Positions 1 through 11,445 of a stretch of DNA of 64,000 nt are shown in pieces (the stretch's first letter is position 1; each line of letters opens with the position of its first letter). The position numbers and the translations under genes were made by a program. Source of the stretch: Eledone cirrhosa (Eukaryota); the NCBI GenBank assembly GCA_964016885.1, contig OZ024743.1:73842001-73906000 (forward strand), in the 5' to 3' direction. The notes under the pieces were generated by a model, which saw only the letters and a list, made by a program, of their open reading frames with translations, was not told the DNA's origin and did no database searches.

Positions 1-21
1 CCTCCAAGATCACTGTGAAAA

Positions 22-128
22 TAATTGTTTCTACTTTAGGCACATGGCCAGCAATTACCCAGTGCATTACTGGTACTTTATTTTATCGACCCCGTAAGGA
101 TGAAAGGCAAAGTCAACCTCGGCGGAAT
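22..128 (-). mobile_element. 5'-truncated SINE (family S1; central domain resembles MetaSINE-type domain)
   Basis: Reverse complement of the 19161-19352 and 23061-23237 copies: CCGCCGAGGTTGACTTTGCCTTTCATCCTTACGGGGTCGATAAAATAAAGTACCAG...GTAGAAACAATTATT. Confidence 0.8.
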
Positions 129-2365
129 AACATCATCACAGATGGACAAGCAGCTGGAAAGAAAGGGGTTTGAGGATGTGCTGAACAACTCCTAATCAAC
201 AAAACTGCGATGTCGGAGGTGCGACAACTTAGGAGGAATATGGCTACAGTTTGGCCGGACTACAGGACAGCTTTCGATTCTGTTCCCACTCTTGGAAGAT
301 AGAGGCCCTCCAACTTGCTAAAGTCCCAGACATTATTGTCAGAGCCATAGAGAGGCTGTCTTCTTCTTGGGCTACTATCCTAAGGTTAAATACAGAGAGG
401 GAGGACTCTATCACTGATAAAATAAAATATTGCAGGGGTATATTTCAGGGGGACAGTCTCTCTGTGATATTATTCATCTTGTCATTAAACCCCTTGTCCA
501 TTCTGCTCAAGAAATGTGAGAGATACATCATTGGCTCACAGGAGGACAGAAATACGAACCCAACCCATAATTTCTTTGCGGACGATCTGAAACTATATGC
601 CAAGAACATGGATGGGATGAAGAAAAATCTTGACCTGGTTACAACGTTCTCAAAGGATATAGGAATGGAGTTTGGCCAAGATAAATGCCCATACATGACT
701 GTAAAGCGGGAAAAAACAACAACCCAATCTAGCAACAGTGTCATCAATGGCCTAACTGTTTCACCGATATCTGATGAGGACTGCTACAGATACCTGGGGA
801 TAGATGAGAACATATTCTATAATGGTATCTGTAATAAAGAACGCGTAACCAGGGAATACTACACCCGATTTAGAAAGATCTGGTCACCGGAACTCTCTGC
901 GCAAAACAAAATATTAGCTCACAATGTGTTTGCTGTGCCTATCCTAACACCAATGTTTGGAATACTCAATTGGACGATAGACGAAATCCGAGCAGTTGAT
1001 ATTGGAAGTCGAAAAATACTAAACAACACCGGAAACTTCCACATCAAGTGACATAGACCGCCTTTACTTGAAACGTAAGCAGAGAGGAAGAGGCCTAACA
1101 TCAGTCCAGACAACATTTGAATGTCGCATCATATCACTCCGACAACATCTACGAACCTCGAAGCGTAGGAGCCCGTTTCTCGAGCAAGTCTATCTGCATG
1201 AAACAGATAAAATCATGAGATGTGGAAAGGAACTCCTCGAGAGATATTTCCTGTGTGATAATCAAAAACTCACACCCAGGTTAGTGGTTCAGCAGTATCG
1301 CAGTGAATCCATGGATGAAAAACTGCATGCTTATCAGCAAAAAATCATGCATGGATATGTTGCCAGGAAGCTCCAGAGTGAGAGTAATATAGATAAGGAA
1401 AGTAGTCTATCTTGGACCAACAAACGCTATATTGGCTCCCACCTTGAAGGATACGCTTTTGCAATCCAAGAACAGGAGATTAACACGAAATTCCTGATGC
1501 ACAAAAGAGATAGGGATGCAGGCAAAACACCTAGATGTGAGAACAAGTGCAGACTCTGCAGAACTAACATCGAGGATATCACCCATGTCATCAGCAGCTG
1601 TCCAAAGATGTCATCGCGGTACTATCTACCTATGAGGTATGATGTAGTGGCCAAAACATTGTACAATGCAGTTCGTAAAAAAGATAGCGCCGATAATAAA
1701 CACATTAAAAGCTACAGCAATGTGGAAGACATCCATGTACATAATATGAACGAGTACTGGTGGAATGTTCCTGTAAAAACCCCAATAAAATGCAGGCATA
1801 ACAGACCAGATATTATGGTATGGAACAGGGATAAGAAAGCATGCACAGTAGTGGAAATTAGCTGCCCAGCAGATACCAATATAATATCAAAGATTAGCGA
1901 AAAGGAGAATATTTATGCAGAACTGATGAGAAATCTGCAGATACTCCACCCTGATTACACCTTCAGATTTATGCCTGCGATAATTGGGGCACTGGGGTAT
2001 GTTAGTAACTGCCTCAATACAAATCTTGAGAACCCAGGCTTCACAGGAACCGAAAGAACACAATTAGTTAGGAAATTACAAGTACAATCCATTAATGGAA
2101 CAGTAAAAATATGTAAAACATTCCAAAACTTTTGCATCTAATAATTGCATATACACATGTACAGATGCAAAGCATATACAAATGCACACACAACTAAAAA
2201 CATCCACATCCGCACATACAATACCATCCATATCTACACATGCATGCATACATAATCTACCTAGTTGATGCTGTGTAAATTCCAATGAGAGAGACTTGTG
2301 TCTATGTAAGAAACCGACTCTCTCTTTATTGGGAAAAAATTTGTGATATTATAAAACCAGAAGAA
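129..2365 (+). mobile_element. 5'-truncated RLE-type non-LTR retrotransposon (R4/Dong-like, family RLE-C) with (CATA)n 3' flank
   Basis: RT motifs GIFQGDSLS, FADDLKL and YRYLG; then GRGL, CRLC..HVISSC (CCHC) and RPD..VVEISCP..K endonuclease; 3' UTR runs directly into (CATA)n. Confidence 0.9.
251..2141 (+). pseudogene. Frameshifted RT + CCHC + restriction-like endonuclease ORF
   Basis: ORFs 251-1051 and 1068-2141 are consecutive parts of one polyprotein; there is an upstream stop (TGA ~171) and frameshifts. Confidence 0.88.
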
Positions 2366-2440
2366 CATACATACATACATACATACATACATACATACAT
2401 ACATACATACATACATACATACATACATACATACACACAT

Positions 2441-2743
2441 GGTGGCTGCCAACTCGTTTTCGAGTACGGCCACTACTTTATATCCATGTAGGAGAACACC
2501 TACCGATGCGCTGAATGCGGTGATTTTGGATGGTCATTGGCTCTTAAGAGCTCCTTTGCACTTTGACAGGTTTCGTTTTTAGTCCTGCAGGATGTCCAAA
2601 GTCACCCTCCTTACCAAGAAACCTTGGTGGGGTTGCCAGTTTAGTCGCCAACGACCCGACCATGAGACAGGTTGTACTGGGATACATGTTACCAGTAGGA
2701 CCAACTGGTGACCTGACATATATATGATATATGGTGACCTGAC
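2441..2743 (-). mobile_element. Short non-autonomous element in (CATA)n, internally deleted version of 2770-3378
   Basis: Same termini as the next copy (GGTGGCTGCCAACTCG...CCAACTGGTGACCTGAC); lacks the ~330-bp middle; flanked by (CATA)n. Strand is inferred. Confidence 0.7.
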
Positions 2744-2769
2744 ATACATACATACACACATACATACAT

Positions 2770-3378
2770 GGTGGCTGCCAACTCGTTTTCGAGTACGGCC
2801 ACTACTTTATATCCATGTAGGAGACCCCCTACCGATGTGCTGAACGAGTGTGACTTTTTAGTCCAGCCAGCGACTTGAAAACTTTGGTACAAACACTACA
2901 CTTGTGACAATTATTGACACATAGTGCTGGGCCCATGGTACCATGTGACGACAAGTGCAGAGAGATCTCCAGATATAAAGCAATGCCTGTGCCGTGAAGC
3001 TTTTATAGTGAGCAAAAGCACTGCACAAAGCCAGTCCCACTCTCTTAATCTAGATGATATTTACCAAAAAGAAGAACAAGTCAACATCATTGGATACCAT
3101 CAGGGTTGCAGGTGTTATATCAGAGTTTTCCTTCTCCTAGAATTCTCCCTTGACAAAGGCTAAGGGGGTCATCTCTCCCGGTGATTTTGGATGGCCATTG
3201 ACTCTTAAGAGCTCCTTTGCCCTTTGACAGGTTTTGTTTTTAGCCCTGCAGGATATCCAAAGTCACCCTCCTCACCAAGAAACCTTGGTGGGGTTGCCAA
3301 TTTAGTCGCCAACGACCCGACCATGAGACAGGTTCTACTGGGATACATTTTACCAGTAGCACCAACTGGTGACCTGAC
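2770..3378 (-). mobile_element. Non-autonomous element probably derived from an RTE LINE 5' UTR
   Basis: Contains CTAGGAGAAGGAAAACTCTG on the minus strand (3121-3140), a motif I recognise from RTE/BovB-type 5' UTRs; both ends lie in (CATA)n. Confidence 0.6.
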
Positions 3379-3713
3379 ATACATAAATACATACATACAT
3401 ACATACATACATACATACATACATACATACATACATACACACATACATACACACATACATACACCACGTACCAAACATGCGGTACCAAAATACACTAGAT
3501 ATTGTACCATAAAGACAATTTGATTGGTGACCTTCTCACACATCTCACAGACATTTTGGTCACTATGACCTATATGACATTACAAGAAATATGACCTATT
3601 AATTGGGCTAATTGTTAGAGAAATATAATTCCAGTATCAAATATTATGTAATTATATATATATATAATGTGTGAGATCTACAGTTAGGAAAATGTGTGAG
3701 ATATACAGTTAGG

Positions 3714-3946
3714 TATATTTGAAAAAAAGGAAAAGAATGACTTCATTTGTAGAGTTAAAAAATGTTTTGATTTAATTTTATAATATAATATTATGAGTTG
3801 GTAGATCCATTAATTTTATAATATAATATCATGAGTTGGTAGAACCAGACTGGATCTACCAACTCATAATATTATATTATAAAATTAAATCAAAACATTT
3901 TTTAACACTACACGTGAAGTCATTCTTTTCCTTTTTTTCAAATATA
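3714..3946. repeat. Fold-back inverted repeat with ~95-bp arms
   Basis: 3714-3809 is the reverse complement of 3851-3946; the spacer contains a tandem partial duplication of the arm end. Confidence 0.85.
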
Positions 3947-3953
3947 TATATAT

Positions 3954-4146
3954 AATAGGAAAATGTATGACCCCGACGGCGGAGCTCAAGCCGTTTTGAT
4001 GTCTATTTCTGGACAGAAATAGTCGTCGAAACGGCTTGAGCTCTACCGTCGGGGTCATGCATTTTCTTATTACCCACTCTACTACCATAAGTATTGAGTA
4101 CTCTGGTGCGTTATGGTCCATCTGGTTCCTTACCACAATTCCTTCG

Positions 4147-4150
<4 letters not shown>
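3954..4150 (+). mobile_element. Fold-back PLE pLTR remnant with 3' half of a hammerhead
   Basis: Arms 3954-4011 and 4014-4071; right arm reads GAC-agaaata-GTC gtc GAAA CGG..CCG UC gggg; extra 3' tail to 4150; (TA)n on both sides. Confidence 0.7.
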
Positions 4151-4193
<43 letters not shown>

Positions 4194-4661
4194 TGTAATA
4201 AACAACATAGGGCAATTATTTCATTTACCAGTGGTTTCTTAAAAGCAAACAAATTTTGCTTTCAATCGTCAGAATGAAAAAACCTGGTGTATTTATTGGC
4301 GTTGGATTTTAAAAACAAAAATATAATCTATATGAAAGTGAAGCTGGAAAAGGAAGAAGGAAAGGAAAAATAAAAACACACATGCAAACACACACCAACA
4401 CACACACAATTATATACATACACATATATATATACATACACACATACATACACACACACATATACACACACACACACACATATATATATATGTATATATA
4501 TACATACACATACGTATACACATACATACATACACACATAAATATCAACATATCCATACATACGCATACATACAAATACACAAACGTGCATACACACACA
4601 CACACACACACATATACATGCTTATATATACATATATACATAAACATATATATACATACAT

Positions 4662-4692
<31 letters not shown>

Positions 4693-5113
4693 CATACATA
4701 TACATACATATATACATACACATACATACACACAATCATGCGTATATACACACGTACATACATACACATACATACACACATATATACACGCATACATACG
4801 CACGCACAAATATAGAAATATGTACACACACCTACATACTCACACACACAAATAAATATAATAAAAATATATAATAATAAAAATAATAAAAATGAATATA
4901 AAGATTATTATAGTGTTGACAGCGATACAGGCAACAAATAAATGAACAAACACACGTGGTAAGCAATACACAGAAATACACGTACACATACATACGTAAA
5001 AATAAATACATACACACACTCTCACATATACACATACATATACAAATACATATACACATACATACGCATATAAATATACATACACATACACACACATATA
5101 CATATATACACAC

Positions 5114-5184
<71 letters not shown>

Positions 5185-5506
5185 CATACATATCCATACA
5201 TACATACACATACATATACATATACATACATATCACAAACATACATACAAATATAAATACACACATATGTATGTGTGTAAAACTGATTTTTAGATATATT
5301 CATATGAACCTTGTTTAACTCTAATATATATATATATATATATATACATACACATATATACATTTTACATATATATATATATATATATACCTACACACAC
5401 ACATACATACACATACGTATGCATACATACACACACACATATAATTATATATATATATAAGAAAGAACATAAATATTATATTAAAACACCTAAATATTGT
5501 ATATAA

Positions 5507-5663
5507 AAAAATAAAAATAAAAATAAAAATAAAAATAAAAATAAAAATAAAAATAAAAATAAAAATAAAAATAAAAATAAAAATAAAAATAAAAATAAAA
5601 ATAAAAATAAAAATAAAAATAAAAATAAAAATAAAAATAAAAATAAAAATAAAAATAAAAATA
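5507..5663. repeat. (AAAATA)n hexamer array inside the PLE arm
   Basis: About 26 units; the mirror at ~8813-8880 has about 11 units. Confidence 0.9.
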
Positions 5664-5834
5664 AAGAGTTGGGAATACGACAAATAATAAATAAAAAAAT
5701 ATATTTAGAAAAGGGTATAAATGTTTATAGCAGATTTAGAGCACTCAACAAGTTCCTGGAGCAAATGATCAATGAAAATAAGCATTAAATCACTGTATGT
5801 AATTATGCATATACATACAGACATACATATAAAA

Positions 5835-5894
<60 letters not shown>

Positions 5895-6153
5895 CACACA
5901 CACACACAAACACAACCACAGAAATACACACATACATATACGTATATATATATACACACACATAGGAAAAAGTCTGACCCCACGGCAGAGCTCAAGCCGT
6001 TTCTGAGGCTATTATATATATACACACAAAACTATTATACAAATATACATATACACGCACAAATATACACACGCGCACACACACACATTAAATCTCTATA
6101 TACACACATACATACACACAAATATATACATATATATACATATATATACACAC

Positions 6154-6189
<36 letters not shown>

Positions 6190-6307
6190 GCACACGCACA
6201 AATACAACAGAAGTATATAATATACAATTATATATACATATACATATACATACAGATAAATATAAATATACAGACACACATATACATACACATATATATA
6301 TATATTT

Positions 6308-6400
<93 letters not shown>

Positions 6401-6628
6401 TACATATACGCAACACACACGCACACACACAAAAATAAATATCTAAAAATAAAAAAAATGGGTATGTGAAGGGTAAGGCAGAACAGGTTTAAATATAAGG
6501 GGAGATAAGGGAGAAAGAGAATACGAGAGTACAGAACGTCGATTCAGCAGGTAAAAAAAACCGTAGTGGAAGTAAAAGGCATAGAAGGAGTTCAAGGTGG
6601 TTGAGTTATCGTAGGAATGTCAATCCAG

Positions 6629-7740
6629 TTACAGATCAGATGTGATTTCAGATGAGGACAACATCTGAAGATCTCGGTCTTTGGGTTCAGGCAAGTTTTG
6701 TAAAATCCTATATTTTTCCGTGGTACACAAAGAACAATTCTTTGTACCCCTTTGGTACTCCTTCGAATGGTCTAAAATAGACCAATCGATAGAGTACGGG
6801 ATGTTTTTATCCTTGAATTCCCACACCTTACTTGCGAGGGCCGTTGCTGTTCTTTTATCGGAGTGCTTAAAAGAAGCGACATGTGCATAAAACCTGGTTT
6901 TAAACCTGTCCTGGGTCATGCCAACATATCGCTCACTCCTGGCTGGATGGTTGTTGATTAAAGGTGTCACTTTGGCCTCATAAACAACGGATTTGGTGTT
7001 ACATTTGCCCTGTAATGGGCATTCATCCGGCTTCCTGCAACTGCATCCTGGATTTGTTCTCGTACGATATGAATTAGTGATCTTAGACTTCATTGATGGG
7101 CAACAAGGGTAACTGATCTTAACTACATTTCTATTAAATATCTTATAATATCTATGATTAGGAGGAAAATGTTTATCTAAGAGGTCAAGGAATTTCCTTC
7201 CTACATTAGTTTTGACAGTTAGAGAGAAGTGGGTGTAAACCAAATAATTTTCCTTTTCCTATTATTGTGGTTAGTTTTAGGGGGGGGGGGGGAGTAGGTA
7301 GATAATTAATTTGTTCAGTAAATCCGCTGTTATTAAGGGCTTTATTATAATAAGGGGCGGCTTTATTAAAAATATCTAGAGACGAAGATAAGGTAGAAAT
7401 CCTACGGCTAATGTTGGGAATATGATTTTAAAAAACTATAGGGGGATGGCAAGACTCTTTGTGTATATATCTGAGATTTTCGTTAGGTTTATGATAAGGT
7501 TTAAAAGACGCGGTAAGTAGATAAAGATTAATGTCAAGAAAGTTAGCATTGGTAAGGTTCGTATCTATAGTAATTTTAAGGTTAAGATTAGCAAAAGTAT
7601 TGATTAAATCTTTACGGAATTTATCAAGGTTATGGCCGTTGGTGGTATGAGAAACTGCCAATCCGTGATCACAGTATAAACCGATATTATGGGAAGGAAA
7701 TTTCTCTTTGAGGGTGTGGAGAAGGAATAATCCTACTAAG
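6629..7740 (-). pseudogene. PLE RT C-terminus + GIY-YIG endonuclease, frameshifted
   Basis: FLDINL..FKPYHKPNENLRYIHKESCHPP (RT thumb); CSCR..CPLQGKC..SVVYEA..YVGMT..FKTRFYAH..CSLC..EK (GIY-YIG with Cys motifs). Confidence 0.88.
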
Positions 7741-8061
7741 ACCGAGATCTTCAGATGTTGTCCTCATCTGAAATCACATCTGATCTGTAACTGGATTGAC
7801 ATTCCTACGATAACTCAACCACCTTGAATTCCTTCTCTGCCTTTTACTTCCACTACGGTTTTTTTACCTGCTGAATCCACGTTCTGTACTCTCGTATTCT
7901 CTTTCTCCCTTATCTCCCCTTATATTTAAACCTTTTCCTATGTCATTTCTTTTTCTTTTTTTCCCCTACTTTCTGCCTTACCCTTCAAATACCCAATTTT
8001 TTTATTTTTAGATATTTATTTTTGTGTGTGTGCGTGTGTTTTGCGTATATGTATGTATATG

Positions 8062-8131
<70 letters not shown>

Positions 8132-8275
8132 TATATATATATGTATATATGTATGTGTAAATATATATATGTGTATGTATATGTGTGTGTATGTATATTT
8201 ATATTTATCTGTATGTATATGTATATGTATATATAATTGTATATTATATACTCCTGTTGTATTTGTGCGTGTGCG

Positions 8276-8306
<31 letters not shown>

Positions 8307-8568
8307 ATATATATGTATATATATGTATATATGTGTGTGTATGTATGTGTGTATATATAGATTTAATGTGTGTCTGTGGGCGTGTGTATATTTGTGCGTG
8401 TATATGTATTTTTTATAATGGTTTTGTGTGTATATATATAATAGTCTCAGAAACGGGTTGAGCTCTGCCGTGGGGTCAGACTTTTTCCTATGTGTGTGTA
8501 TATGTGTATATATACGTATATGTACGTGTGTGTCTATTTCTGTGGTTGTGTTTGTGTGTGTATGTATA

Positions 8569-8651
<83 letters not shown>

Positions 8652-9156
8652 ATGTATGTGTGTATGTATATGCATAATTACATACAGTGATTTAATGCTT
8701 ATTTTCATTGATCATTTGCTCCAGGAATTGTTGAGTGCTCTAAATCTGCTATAAACATTTATACCCTTTTCTAAATATATTTATTTATTTATTATTTGTC
8801 GTATTCCCAACTTTTTATTTTTATTTTTATTTTTATTTTTATTTTTATTTTTATTATTTTTATTTTTATTTTTATTTTTATATATACAATATTTAGGTTT
8901 TTTAATATAATATTTATGTTCTTTCTTATATATATATATAATTATATGTGTGTGTGTATGTATGTATGCATACGTATGTGTATGTATATGTGTGTGTAGG
9001 TATATATATATATATATATTTTAGAGTTAAACAAGGTTCATATGAATATATCTAAGAATGAGTTTTACACACATACATATGTGTGTATTTGTATTTGTAT
9101 GTATGTGTTTGTGTTATGTATGTATATGTATGTGTATGTATGTATGGATATGTATG

Positions 9157-9189
<33 letters not shown>

Positions 9190-9201
<12 letters not shown>

Positions 9202-9715
9202 AAATAATGAATAAAACAATGAAACAGTTCCTTATATTAAACAAAAAAAGTTCATTATTTAACGATCGTTTCTAGGACATATATGTGTTAGAATTTGCAT
9301 GCATATTCAAAAGATCTATGTACAAAATTATACAAACTATCAAAGAGAATATACATACCAACACATATATATGCTGTCTTCAGAAATAATCATTATTTCT
9401 GAAGACAGCATATATATGTGTTGGTATGTATATTCTCTTTGATAGTTTGTATAATTTTGTACATAGATCTTTTGAATATGCATGCCAATTCTAACACATA
9501 TATGTCCTAGAAACGATCGTTAAATAATGAACTTTTTTTGTTTAATATAAGGAACTGTTTCATTGTTTTATTCATTATTTTTTTAATATTTTATCTTGAC
9601 TCTGTATTCCGTTTATCTTTCACCGAAAGTGATCTCTTCTTTCCATGATATCCGGATTACATTGAGTTCGTCATACGGATTGGACACTACCGTAAACTTT
9701 TGGTAGATTTATCTA
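9190..9715 (+). mobile_element. Fold-back hammerhead element (palindrome 9190-9592, centre 9391, tail to 9715) nested in the PLE arm
   Basis: Near-perfect ~200-bp arms with a 1-nt spacer; absent from the homologous position in the left arm (~5125-5180); TA-repeat flanks. Confidence 0.85.
9391..9529 (+). ncRNA. Type-I hammerhead ribozyme with extended stem II (mirror copy on minus strand at 9253-9390)
   Basis: CATTATTT-CTGAAGA-[~104 nt self-complementary]-GAAA-CGATCG-TT-AAATAATG: 8-bp stem I, palindromic stem III, GUU site. Confidence 0.75.
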
Positions 9716-10765
9716 CATATATATATATATATGTGTGTGTGTATATATGTATATGTGTGTGTGTATGTATATGTGTATGCGTATGTATGTGTATATGTAT
9801 TTGTATATGTATGTGTATGTGTGTGAGTCTGTGTATACATTTATTTTTACGTATGTATGTGTACGTGCATTTGTGTGTATTGCATACCACGTGTGTTTGT
9901 TCATTTATTTCTTGCCTGTATCGCTGTCAACACTATAATAATCTTTATATTAATTTTTTATTTTTTATTATTATATATTTTTTCTTATATTTATTTGTGT
10001 GTGTGAGTATGTAGGTGTGTGTACATATTTCTATGTTTGTGAATGCTTATGTATGCGTGTATATATGTGTGTATGTATGTGTGTGTATGTACGTGTGTAT
10101 ATACGTATGATTGTGTGTATGTATGTATGTATGTATGTGTATGTATATATGTATGTATATGTATGTGTATATATATATATATGTATGTGTATATATATGT
10201 ATATGTGTGTATGTATGTATATATATGTTTATGCATATATGTATATATATATGCATGTATGTGTGTGTGTGTGTGTGTATGCAAGTTTGTGTATTTGTAT
10301 GTATGCGTATGTATGGATATGTTGATATTTATGTGTGTATGTATGTGTATATGTATGTGTATGTATATATATACACATATATATGTGTGTATGTGTGTGT
10401 GTGTATATGTGTGTGTGTATGTATGTGTGTATGTATATATATATGTGTATGTATATAATTGTGTGTGTGTTGGTGTGTGTTTGCATGTGTGTTTTTATAT
10501 TTCCTTTCCTTCTTCCTTTTCCAGCCTCACTTTCATATAGATTATATTTTTGTTTTTAAAATCCAACGCCAATAAATACACCAGGATTTTTTCATTCTGA
10601 CGATTGAAAGCAAAATTTGTTTGCTTTTAAGAAACCACTGGTAAATGAAATAATTGCCTTATGTTGTTTATTACATAACTATTAAGCTCTGTTACCTACA
10701 TAGAGCACACTTTTTTCCTGGACTTTTCCGACGGAATTACTTCATTCATTTACACACACACACAT

Positions 10766-10826
<61 letters not shown>

Positions 10827-10913
10827 TATATATATACAGATTGACTTTGTTAGTTTCAGAAGTTCCCGTTAAGGGTGAAAGCAGCGATTCTTTGCTTAAA
10901 CTTTAATCTGTTA

Positions 10914-10998
<85 letters not shown>

Positions 10999-11060
10999 TC
11001 CGTAGGAGCATAGAGTGCCCAACCGGCATACCGCCAGTGGAAGCATCCTAGCTACCATTA

Positions 11061-11096
<36 letters not shown>

Positions 11097-11097
<1 letters not shown>

Positions 11098-11150
11098 CGA
11101 AGGAAGTGTGGTAAGGAACCAGATAGTCCATAACGCACCAGAGTACTCGA

Positions 11151-11155
<5 letters not shown>
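11097..11155 (-). mobile_element. 3' tail fragment of the family at 3954-4150
   Basis: Reverse complement of ~4090-4150; embedded in (TA)n. Confidence 0.7.
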
Positions 11156-11198
<43 letters not shown>

Positions 11199-11445
11199 GT
11201 AGAACACTGGAAGGTAATATCCGCAGTGGTAGAGCACTCAGTCCCTGGGACGAGTTAGGTAGAAGTGGTTACACAACAGTTAGTTCACCATACCGAGAAC
11301 AATTGTTTCACCTTAGTGGATCCTCAGCTCGTAATGGGCATGGTTATACGATATATATATATATATATGTATATATATTGTTATACTTTGGGAGGGTCAT
11401 GTTGCCAATAAGAAAAATACGCACCAGTTGCTTTCACTTCAATTT

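Larger units (their letters stand above)
4189..10750. mobile_element. Penelope-like element forming a ~6.5-kb inverted repeat (arms 4189-6679 and 7741-10680) around a minus-strand RT/GIY-YIG fragment
   Basis: Unique anchors are reverse complementary (4189-4380 vs 10490-10680; 5690-5815 vs 8670-8810; 6440-6679 vs 7741-8020); the right arm has an additional tail at 10681-10750. Confidence 0.85.

Noticed and set aside
3290-3378. HDV-like ribozyme at the start of the RTE-like element (minus strand)
   Set aside because: P2, P3 and P4-like pairings are visible, but I could not build P1 or P1.1; needs a descriptor search.
4309-10559. Numerous [12 protein letters not shown] and poly-amino-acid ORFs here and elsewhere in the window
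   Set aside because: These are translations of di- and trinucleotide microsatellites.
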